A stretch of DNA of 64,000 nucleotides from Acidobacteriota bacterium (lineage in GTDB: Bacteria > Acidobacteriota > UBA890 > WLXD01). The translations under genes and the position numbers were made by a program. Under the pieces are notes generated by a model. It did no database searches. It was given only the letters and a program-made list of their open reading frames with translations, and was not told the DNA's origin. Below, in pieces: positions 1 through 7,074 of this stretch. Within the stretch, counting starts at the first letter, position 1, and every line of letters begins with the position of its first letter. The stretch covers positions 2,784,001 to 2,848,000 of the forward strand of contig CBDFKD010000002.1 in assembly GCA_965248695.1 (NCBI GenBank), in the 5' to 3' direction.

Positions 1-28
1 TGCGGCGCGGTTGGGAAACGCGGTACCT

Positions 29-367
29 TCACGCCGCCCTCGATGTGATTTCAGCGAAGGCGACCTCATGCAGAGGCTTGCCGCCAGCTGTTAGAAGTGC
101 TGGCAGACTCGTCAAGTACTTCGGCCAGGTCTGCCCCGTTGGCAGGACCGTTTCGTCCGACAGCTTGGCTCCCCCGAGACTGGCTCCCTGGAGGTTGGCA
201 CCCCGGAGGTCGGCTCCCCAGAACTTGGCTTCCCGGAGGTCGGCACACTGGAGGTCGGCTTCCCGAAGGTTGGCTCCCCTGAGATCGGCGAGCCAAAGGC
301 TGGCTTCTGAAAAGTCGGCACACCGAAGGTCGGCGCCCGGTTCGATCTCCCACTCGTTGACTATCAT
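29..367 (-). CDS. Pentapeptide repeat protein
   Basis: [31 protein letters not shown](D/N)Lxx repeats; 15-bp DNA periodicity. Confidence 0.85.
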   Translation of the reverse strand: MIVNEWEIEPGADLRCADFSEASLWLADLRGANLREADLQCADLREAKFWGADLRGANLQGASLGGAKLSDETVLPTGQTWPKYLTSLPALLTAGGKPLHEVAFAEITSRAA

Positions 368-549
368 TACGCTGCCCTCGATGCGCTCTCGGCAGCCTCA
401 TTGCACGTACAGGCATGCGCCAGCTCGCCGCAGCACTCACACGTAGCTACCGAGTCGTCGCAGTACCCCGAGGTGCACACCCAGTCCGCTTCGTAGTCGA
501 AAGCAGCGTCCAGGCCGCAGGCCAGGCAAGCGATCTCGCCGACGCTCAC
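367..549 (-). CDS. Small Cys-rich (Zn-finger-like) phage protein
   Basis: CxxC, CxxxxC, CxCC and HxCxC in 60 aa; abuts or overlaps both neighbours. Confidence 0.6.
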   Translation of the reverse strand: MSVGEIACLACGLDAAFDYEADWVCTSGYCDDSVATCECCGELAHACTCNEAAESASRAA

Positions 550-782
550 GCCGCCCCCTGGGGCTCGCTGACCGGCTGAAGGCGCGCAACCATTCGCTGC
601 GTCACCACGTCGCCAATCAGAGTCGCTACGAATGCGAGTTGGTCCTGCTCATCGAGCCGCGCGTAGTATTCGAGCAGCCGGCTCACAGCTTCGCTCGGTG
701 TCTCCGGGAGCTCCCTGAAACATGCCGGGCACAGGGGGCCTTCGTGGTGGCGGGTGTCAACGAACCGGGTCCGGTCGCTCAT
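546..782 (-). CDS. Hypothetical phage protein
   Basis: ATGA/GTGA-type overlaps with neighbours; CPAC motif. Confidence 0.6.
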   Translation of the reverse strand: MSDRTRFVDTRHHEGPLCPACFRELPETPSEAVSRLLEYYARLDEQDQLAFVATLIGDVVTQRMVARLQPVSEPQGAA

Positions 783-964
783 GCCGCCCTCCCGGTGTAC
801 AGATCCACGTAGAAATCCAGATAGTCCTCAGCGCTGAGATCCCGAGCCGTGCAGCGCTGACGCTCCGCGAAAGCACGGCGCGTGGCGGCATAGTCCAGCC
901 CCCGGCGCTCGCAGTACTCCCGGCACCAGCGGGCCAGCGAATCGAGACGGCGTTCGCGGCGCAT
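779..964 (-). CDS. Hypothetical phage protein
   Basis: Coupled to neighbours; ends in GRAA like the other genes in the operon. Confidence 0.55.
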   Translation of the reverse strand: MRRERRLDSLARWCREYCERRGLDYAATRRAFAERQRCTARDLSAEDYLDFYVDLYTGRAA

Positions 965-966
965 CG

Positions 967-1494
967 CTACCGCCCCACTCCGAACACGGCCTGGGAGCGG
1001 AAGGCGCTGACGAGCTCACCATCGTCGTCCCACTGCGCGCAGGCCATGCACACCACCGGGGGGTTGTGATCGGCGATCTCGCGTGGGTGGGTGGATTGGT
1101 CGCAGGAATCGCACACCGGCCACAGGCGCACACAGGTGGGGCAATAGGCCAAGTAGCCGCGCAGGCACCAGCCCTCTTCCTCTTCCTCCAGCCACTCCTC
1201 GACGGCGCCACAGGCCAAGTACTCATCGCGCGGCGCTTCGATCCTCCTGTTGCAGGAATCGCACTCGATCAGCATCAGGACAGCAGCGGGGCTGGGGGCG
1301 ACGGCGCACTCGACATCGTGTCGAGATACGCGGGCCGTGCTACAGTTGGAGTGCACTGGAATGACCTCCTGTGTGGTTGTGGTTTGGGCGTGAGGAGTTG
1401 CCGCTTCTCGCGCCCTTTTTTCGTTCGGGAGTGCCACTGCGCGGGGGCCGATCCTTCGCAGTGGCGTGTGGGTACCTGCTTTCGGTAGCGTCAT
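967..1494 (-). CDS. Cys-rich early phage protein (first gene after cro-1); its N-terminus is encoded by the array repeat
   Basis: GGAGG RBS just upstream (1498-1502); several CxxC motifs; an internal start near 1356 is also possible. Confidence 0.6.
   Translation of the reverse strand: MTLPKAGTHTPLRRIGPRAVALPNEKRAREAATPHAQTTTTQEVIPVHSNCSTARVSRHDVECAVAPSPAAVLMLIECDSCNRRIEAPRDEYLACGAVEEWLEEEEEGWCLRGYLAYCPTCVRLWPVCDSCDQSTHPREIADHNPPVVCMACAQWDDDGELVSAFRSQAVFGVGR
1433..1494. repeat. Cassette-junction repeat copy A (diverged)
   Basis: GCCACTGCG-N15-CGCAGTGGCGTGTGGGT...TCGGTAGCGTCAT. Confidence 0.8.
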
Positions 1495-1502
1495 CGGGCC
1501 TC

Positions 1503-1718
1503 CTAAGCGGCCTCGTCGAGTGCGAACAGATCCTCGACCTGCACTTCCAAGGCAGCAGCGAGGCGCAACGCTTTATCGACCCGGGGCACAAACCGGCCGT
1601 TGACGAGCCGGTTCACGTAGGAGTAGTCGAGCCCGGTGCGCCGAGCCATTTCACGCTGGCTAACACCGTGCCGGTCGAGTACGTCCTGGATCGTGTATCG
1701 CATTGGCGTATTCTCCAC
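1503..1718 (-). CDS. Cro-like XRE HTH protein, cassette 1
   Basis: GVSQREMARRTGLDYSYVNRLVNG...PRVDKALRLAAALEVQVEDLF, an HTH_3 signature; ATG at 1703 is an alternative start. Confidence 0.85.
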   Translation of the reverse strand: MENTPMRYTIQDVLDRHGVSQREMARRTGLDYSYVNRLVNGRFVPRVDKALRLAAALEVQVEDLFALDEAA

Positions 1719-1804
1719 TGCCTTATAAGGCAGTTACATAATAGCTAGTATCGTTGATGATAACAAGACTGTTAGTGCTTTTTCTGGTGTTGACGAATCT
1801 GTCA
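1717..1804. promoter_or_regulatory. Divergent promoter/operator region, cassette 1
   Basis: AT-rich; perfect 18-bp palindrome ACTGCCTTATAAGGCAGT (1717-1734); TAAC-N6-GTTA (1761-1774) and TGAC-N6-GTCA (1791-1804). Confidence 0.6.
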
Positions 1805-1827
1805 GTGCCCGGATAGCCTCGGCCGGC

Positions 1828-2049
1828 ATGGAACTGCGGGATCGCATCAGGGCGCTCGTAGAAGCGCGCGGCACGACGCTCACCCAAGTAGCCGAGTCCA
1901 TGCCGACGCCTGCTGGCCGCACGAGCTTCTGGCGCGTGGTGAGCAAAACGCGACCGACTAGGGACCCTCGCGCATCCACCCTTCAGAAGATCGCCCGCGC
2001 TCTGGGCGTCACCCTCAGCGAACTTCTTGAAGGCGTCGAGTTCGACTAG
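1828..2049 (+). CDS. cI-like XRE HTH repressor, cassette 1 (HTH only, no peptidase domain)
   Basis: LRDRIRALVEARGTTLTQVAE...PRASTLQKIARALGVTLSELLEGVEFD. Confidence 0.85.
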   Translation: MELRDRIRALVEARGTTLTQVAESMPTPAGRTSFWRVVSKTRPTRDPRASTLQKIARALGVTLSELLEGVEFD

Positions 2050-2120
2050 CCGCGTACGTTCTCTCATCGGACACCCCCGCCAGCGCAGGAGCCGCCATCG
2101 GCCGCGAGGAGCTGTGCCAA

Positions 2121-2882
2121 TTGGGGCTTGATGGAAGTCGCGCCAAACTTCGTCGGGCAAGCCAGCACCTCGAGGCGCTCAAGAGAGAAGCTGACTCCTT
2201 CTTTGAAGCGAACCTCTATCGAATCGCCGTTGAGCCTGAGATCGACGAACTCCACTACGTCGCTCGCGTCAAAGATCCTCCTGCTTTGCCCAGTAGTGAG
2301 TGGGCGCTGACTATCGGCGATTGCATCCACAACCTGCGGTGCTCGCTCGACTACATCGCTTGGGCGCTTGCTGGGGCCGATCTCGATGACACACTCACTC
2401 AGTTCCCGATCTTCGACTCCGAGCGGGCATACAAAGCGCGCGGCACTCCGCGCATGATCCACCTTCCCGCTGAGGCCCGATCCTTGATCCAGCGCGTTCA
2501 GCCGTACCAGAGTGACGATCCCGTGATGGCGCCCCTCTCCCTTCTGAGAAGACTGGACAACCGGAACAAGCACAAATTGCTCTCGGTCGTCGCCGCGATG
2601 CCCGAGCGCTTCCGTTTGAACGCTCTCGTCGATGACGAATCCGCTGGCCAGCCCAAAACGTTCATCGCCGTCACCAAGCCCCGCCTGGTACACAACGCAA
2701 AAATCGCGACCCTCGTCTTCTCTGCACCCCCAAAAGTGCAAATGGATACGCTTGTGGTCGCGCGCGTAGTCTTCGGCGAAGGTATGGGGCCTGATACCGG
2801 CTTGGCTGTATTCGAGAGCCTTGACGCGCTCGTGGTCGAGGTCGGATGGGTCATCGACGCTTTCGATGAGAAGTTCTTCTAG
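2121..2882 (+). CDS. Cargo protein, HEPN-like helical domain (putative defence/Abi)
   Basis: GDCIHNLRCSLDY, QFPI and LRRLDNRNKH motifs; sits inside the split junction repeat. Confidence 0.55.
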   Translation: MGLDGSRAKLRRASQHLEALKREADSFFEANLYRIAVEPEIDELHYVARVKDPPALPSSEWALTIGDCIHNLRCSLDYIAWALAGADLDDTLTQFPIFDSERAYKARGTPRMIHLPAEARSLIQRVQPYQSDDPVMAPLSLLRRLDNRNKHKLLSVVAAMPERFRLNALVDDESAGQPKTFIAVTKPRLVHNAKIATLVFSAPPKVQMDTLVVARVVFGEGMGPDTGLAVFESLDALVVEVGWVIDAFDEKFF

Positions 2883-2930
2883 CTCATCGGCTCTCCGGCG
2901 AAGCTCCATGAGAAGCGTGACGATGGCCTC

Positions 2931-3010
2931 GCCCACTGCGCCGCCTGCCTGATTTCGCAGTGGCGTCGAGGTGCTGGGGCTCGGTATCGTCATCGCTCAG
3001 GCGGCCTCGG
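2931..3010. repeat. Cassette-junction repeat copy B (right part; left part at 2038-2058)
   Basis: CACTGCG-CCGCCTGCCTGATTT-CGCAGTG...GGGGCTCGGTATCGTCATCGCTCAGGCGGCCTCG. Confidence 0.9.
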
Positions 3011-3263
3011 TGCTTGGCGCTGGCTCGTCGGCGGTCTGTTCCAACACTCGCTCCCGTGCCTCCGCTGCTGCATTCTCGGCTGCTTCCAGGCGGTCCAGAG
3101 CGGCGGTGACCTTGGCCTTGAAATCGGCGGGCGGTTGGCGTAGCCCGTTCAGGTAACGGGAAAACAGCGTGGGCTCGTAGCCGGCCGTGAGCGCCAGTCG
3201 CTCTTGGCTCACACCCAGCTGGGCGAGACGGCTGCGTACCTGCTGTACATGAATAGTTTTCAT
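2997..3263 (-). CDS. Cro-like XRE HTH protein, cassette 2
   Basis: LGVSQERLALTAGYEPTLFSRYLNGLRQP HTH. Confidence 0.85.
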   Translation of the reverse strand: MKTIHVQQVRSRLAQLGVSQERLALTAGYEPTLFSRYLNGLRQPPADFKAKVTAALDRLEAAENAAAEARERVLEQTADEPAPSTEAA

Positions 3264-3292
3264 GATCCCGAACTTAGATGAGATTTATTCAT
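3249..3292. promoter_or_regulatory. Operator pair, cassette 2
   Basis: ATGA-N7-TCAT at 3249-3263 and 3278-3292. Confidence 0.55.
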
Positions 3293-3326
3293 TAGTCAAC
3301 ACCGTTGTTGCCGCTAAAGTGAAAAA

Positions 3327-3596
3327 GTGCTTGGGGACCGGCTAGCGAAGACGCGAAAGCGGCGAGGACTATCGCAGTTCCAGCTCGCGGTTGAACTGGG
3401 AGATCGCTACGACCAGTCGATGATCTCCCACGTCGAGAACAATCGAACAGGCCTCGTGCGCGACGGGCTGATCCAAGCTGCCCGCGTGCTCGGCGTTTCA
3501 ACGGACTACCTGCTCGGTCTTACCGACGACCCCACGCCCGCTGCCGACCGCGACACCCCGCGCGCCTGCCCCAAGTGCGGCCACGAGTTCGACTAG
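3327..3596 (+). CDS. cI-like XRE HTH repressor, cassette 2 (C-terminal CPKCG knuckle)
   Basis: LGDRLAKTRKRRGLSQFQLA...ISHVENN...ARVLGVSTDYLLGLTDDP; ends HEFD. Confidence 0.9.
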   Translation: MLGDRLAKTRKRRGLSQFQLAVELGDRYDQSMISHVENNRTGLVRDGLIQAARVLGVSTDYLLGLTDDPTPAADRDTPRACPKCGHEFD

Positions 3597-3687
3597 CCGT
3601 ACGCCCCGCACTGCGCCGTCTGCCTGATTCCGCAGTGGCGTGGGGGTGGTGGGGCTCGGTAGCGTCATGGCTCAGGCGGCCTCGTCG
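3584..3687. repeat. Cassette-junction repeat copy C (complete)
   Basis: GAGTTCGACTAGCCGTACGCCCCGCACTGCGCCGTCTGCCTGATTCCGCAGTGGCGTG...GGGGCTCGGTAGCGTCATGGCTCAGGCGGCCTCG. Confidence 0.95.
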
Positions 3688-3872
3688 TTCGCTGGGAACA
3701 ACTCGTCGAGCGTCTTGCCAAGCGCTGTCGCCATCTTGTGAGCAGTAGGGAAACGGCAACCGAGGCCGTTGCAGACACGATTAACCTGCGTCGGATTGAC
3801 GCCCGATTGGTCCGCAAGCCATTTCTGCGTCCGGCCCTGCCGTTCGAGTTCAGCGCGAACTTCATTCTTCAT
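3672..3872 (-). CDS. Cro-like XRE HTH protein, cassette 3
   Basis: GRTQKWLADQSGVNPTQVNRVCNG...AHKMATALGKTLDELF. Confidence 0.85.
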   Translation of the reverse strand: MKNEVRAELERQGRTQKWLADQSGVNPTQVNRVCNGLGCRFPTAHKMATALGKTLDELFPANDEAA

Positions 3873-3902
3873 GAGGTAATCCGTGTATCAGACTATGCTG
3901 TT

Positions 3903-3975
3903 CTGCAGACTTGCTAATATACATATGGTCCACGTTGCTGTCAATGCATATTTGCATACCCGTCGTTTTGCATAC
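3903..3975. promoter_or_regulatory. Operator region, cassette 3
   Basis: ATGCA-TATT-TGCAT (3944-3957) plus further TGCA/TTGCAT half-sites in an AT-rich intergenic stretch. Confidence 0.55.
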
Positions 3976-4013
3976 GTTGACGCGCATTGGTGGCGCGCGT
4001 AGCGTCGCAGCCT

Positions 4014-4229
4014 ATGGTCAGAACCCTCGGAGGCCGCATCCGGCTGATCGCTGACGAGGCGGAGATCAGCCTTAACGAACTCGCCCGCCGGGCGCGGATG
4101 GACCGGGCCTACCTTGGTCGGGTTCTCAACGGACAAACGCCTAGTCCAGGGATAGCGAACGTCGCCAGAATCGCCCGCGCTCTTGGCGTCACCCTCAGCG
4201 AGCTTCTGGAAGGCGTCGAGTTCGACTAG
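4014..4229 (+). CDS. cI-like XRE HTH repressor, cassette 3
   Basis: LGGRIRLIADEAEISLNELARRARMDRAYLGRVLNG...IARALGVTLSELLEGVEFD; ATG 4014 preferred over TTG 3987. Confidence 0.85.
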   Translation: MVRTLGGRIRLIADEAEISLNELARRARMDRAYLGRVLNGQTPSPGIANVARIARALGVTLSELLEGVEFD

Positions 4230-4301
4230 CCGTACGCCCCACACTGCGCCGTCTGCCTGATTCCGCAGTGGCGTGTGGGTGGTGGGGCTCGGTAACGTCA
4301 T
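4218..4301. repeat. Cassette-junction repeat copy D (complete)
   Basis: Near-identical to copy C. Confidence 0.95.
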
Positions 4302-4390
4302 AAGTTGGCTGGCTCAGGCAACTCTCTTACGAGACGAAAAAGAAGACTCGGGGCACTCGAACAACGCACAGAGAACCCAAACCAACTCGA

Positions 4391-5753
4391 GGATCCGGCC
4401 CGAGTCCTGTGGAAATAAAGATGGCGTAACCTCCGAGTAGGAAAAACACAAAGCCGCCACGAGCGGCAGGAGGCTACGCCGTGAAGCAGGTTAGCACGGA
4501 GGGAACCGGGCTCGTCGAGTTCCGGCAGGACGTACAGGCGCTGTTGCGCACCAGGATCCGCGAGGCGATCCAGATGACGCTTGACGAGGAGCTCACCGAG
4601 GCGCTGGGTTGCGACCGATACGAGCGCAACGGGCAGCGGCGAGGCTACCGCAACGGCAGCCAAAGGCGTCGGGTGACGACAGCCCAAGGGCTCCAGGAGC
4701 TGGACATACCGCGGGGGCGCATCGTGGGGCAAGACGGCAGCACCCGAGAGTTCCGCAGCGCGATCCTGCCACGGTACGCACGGCGAGCCCGGCAGGTGGA
4801 CGAGGCGATCCTGGGAGCATACCTGGCGGGAGCCAACACCCGGCGGATCCGCAAGGCGCTCTCTCCGCTGCTGGGCAAGGCGCACCTGACCAAGAGCACG
4901 ATCTCCAGGGTGGTGGGGCGCCTGAAGGCGTACTTCGAGCGCTGGAGACAGCGAGATGTGTCAGGCGAGCGGTACTGGATCCTGTATTTGGACGGGTTCC
5001 ATCTGAAGGTCAGGCTGGCGAGGCGGGTCGTGTCGGCGCCGGTACTGGCGGTGCTCGGGGTCCAGCCCGACGGCCAGAAGGTGTTGGTAGCGTTGCAGTT
5101 GGCGGTCTCGGAGGCAGCGGTGCACTGGCAAGGACTGATCGAGTCGCTGGTGAGACGAGGGCTGCAGGCGCCGGAGGTGCTGATCGCCGACGGCCACAAG
5201 GGCCTGGCCAAGGCGATCGAGGTATGGCCCGATGTGTCGGTGCAGCGGTGCACACAACACAAGTGGAGCAACTTACGCGACCACTGCCCGGTTCATGCAC
5301 GTGCGGAGATGAAGCGGGACTGGGATGCGATCGTCCGGGCCGATGACGGCAACCAGGCCAGAGCCGCCTACGCCGCCTTCGTACGCAAGTGGTCGACCCT
5401 CGTGCCCGCCGTGGCCCGGAGCCTGCAGGAGGCCGGCTTGAACCTGCTGACTTTCTACCAGTTCCCGAAGCCGATGTGGAAGACGCTGCGCACCACCAAC
5501 GCCCTCGAGAACCTGAACCGGGAGTTCCGTCGTCGTACCAAGACGCAGGGCTCGTTCTCGACCGAGGCCGCTGGGGTGACGTTGCTGTGGAGCCTGGTCG
5601 CCTTCGGCCAGATCCGCATGCGACGCATCGATGGCCACCGGTTCTTGGCTCAGCTCACGTGCGGCCCCGACAAACAGGCCGCCTAACCGATAGGATCATC
5701 CGTCGTCGCGGAGGAGACGCTCATCCAATTTCCACGACATTCGGGGCACATCC
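4391..5753 (+). mobile_element. IS256-family element, copy 1 (1363 bp)
   Basis: Imperfect terminal IRs GGATCCGGCCCGAGTCCTGTGGAAAT / ATTTCCACGACATTCGGGGCACATCC; identical inverted copy at 56439-57801; no flanking duplication. Confidence 0.95.
4481..5686 (+). CDS. IS256-family (Mutator) transposase
   Basis: YLDG, IADG, QRCTQH and TTNALENLNREFRRR motifs. Confidence 0.95.
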   Translation: MKQVSTEGTGLVEFRQDVQALLRTRIREAIQMTLDEELTEALGCDRYERNGQRRGYRNGSQRRRVTTAQGLQELDIPRGRIVGQDGSTREFRSAILPRYARRARQVDEAILGAYLAGANTRRIRKALSPLLGKAHLTKSTISRVVGRLKAYFERWRQRDVSGERYWILYLDGFHLKVRLARRVVSAPVLAVLGVQPDGQKVLVALQLAVSEAAVHWQGLIESLVRRGLQAPEVLIADGHKGLAKAIEVWPDVSVQRCTQHKWSNLRDHCPVHARAEMKRDWDAIVRADDGNQARAAYAAFVRKWSTLVPAVARSLQEAGLNLLTFYQFPKPMWKTLRTTNALENLNREFRRRTKTQGSFSTEAAGVTLLWSLVAFGQIRMRRIDGHRFLAQLTCGPDKQAA

Positions 5754-7057
5754 TTGTGCTCCGGTGGCACGGCGCCATCCGCACCCCACCAGGCGCAGAT
5801 CTTGGCATCCTCGAACGCCAACAATGCCGGCTCACGCTCGACCATGGCAATCACGTCTTCCTTGGTCGGACGGTTCGCCCCCATGTCGCCGCAAATGTGC
5901 GCCAGATGCGTGCCCAGCGGCGGCACCGGCAGGCCGCTGACGAATCGGGCATCGGTTCCGGCCAGAATGCGCCCGTAGTTCTCGGTCTCGACCTCGGCCC
6001 AGCTGTCGGCGTCGAAGAAGTCGTCGAGCGCCGAGTAATCACCCTTCTGCACCCTCGACAGCACGTTGGGCAGCTTCATGTAGATCGTCTCGAAGCGGCG
6101 GTAGAGGCGCCCCATGAACGCTACGCCGTCGAACGACATGGTGACCGTCGTGCCGTCCCGGGTCTGCACCGTCTTGGTGTGCGGCCGCTCATCCAGAATG
6201 CGGCGTACCCGATCGATCTCGTAGTACCAGGCGGGGAGCAGCTCGCGACAGTGCGGGTCTTCGGCGACGCAGAGCCCGAGGATGTCGGTGTACACCTGCT
6301 TGATGGTGTAGAACTCGTCGATCGCGGCGCGGTTGCGGATCTCGCCGAACCAGGGGCTGAGCAGGACGATCGAGCGCACGCGGTCGGGGAAGTAGCGCAG
6401 GTACGCGATCACGCTGCCGCCGCCGGTGGAGTAACCGTAGGCGTTGATCTGTTCGTGGCCGAGGAGCTGACGGATCTCGTCGACATCGCGGGCGATGTCG
6501 TACTCGTTGTACTTGGTGACGTCGATGCCCTCCGCCATCAGCTTGTCGTAGCAGCGCTCGACGGTCTCGGCGTGCAGGCGCAGCCGCTCCATGGAGTCGT
6601 TGGTCAGAACGATCGACGGCGCCAGCCGGTTCTGGTAGGGCGACATGGCGATGTCGGGGCACGACAGCGTCGGCTCGGAGTTGAAGAAGCCGCGGTGATC
6701 GATGAGCACCAGCGTGCGGGTCGCAGCGTCGGTGCGTAGCCAATCGACATAGGCGCGCATAGGAGACAGCCCCGGACCGCCGGGAAAATACACGACCGGA
6801 TCGGGGTGCGGACGTGCGGACCCGTGGTCGGGGGCCATGACGGCGACCGGGAGCTCGACGATGGTGCCGTTCGGATCGTCACGATCCTCCTGGCCGAAGA
6901 ACCGGTAACACTCGGCGTTGGCCCCGAGGAGCTCCGGGGTCGTGCACTCGGCTGACTCCAGCCTCGGCACCTGCGCCTGAATCTGCGCTGAGGGAGCGCC
7001 CGCCAGCGCGAGCAGCCAGACGATCGAGGCGGCAGCGAGCCTGCGGCGCGTGAGCAC
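5754..7057 (-). pseudogene. Secreted alpha/beta hydrolase (TAP/S33-like), 3'-truncated by IS256
   Basis: Signal peptide, PGGPG, DHRG, GYSTGG; lacks the C-terminal Asp/His region present in its paralogue. Confidence 0.85.
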
Positions 7058-7074
7058 TCTGACCGCGCTCGGTT

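Larger units (their letters stand above)
1..4390. mobile_element. Prophage/phage-like early and immunity region (partial; runs off the left edge, cut by IS256 on the right)
   Basis: Chain of short, translationally coupled minus-strand ORFs downstream of divergent cro/cI-like HTH pairs; no structural genes visible in the window. Confidence 0.8.

Noticed and set aside
165-335. 15-bp periodic DNA repeat as a non-coding array
   Set aside because: Fully explained by the pentapeptide-repeat coding sequence.
2064-2993. 309-aa minus-strand ORF (and 3888-4301) as real genes
   Set aside because: They start at the repeat's ATG and run antisense to better-supported genes; probably by-products, though short translation is possible.
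1433-4301. Integron attC sites or CRISPR as the explanation for the junction repeats
   Set aside because: No RYYYAAC...GTTRRRY ends and no IntI or cas; the cassettes contain divergent promoters and the spacing is 0.6-1.5 kb.
4314-4390. Fourth cro gene remnant
   Set aside because: Only 25 codons survive and they fit equally well as the tail of ORF 55927; not called as a feature.
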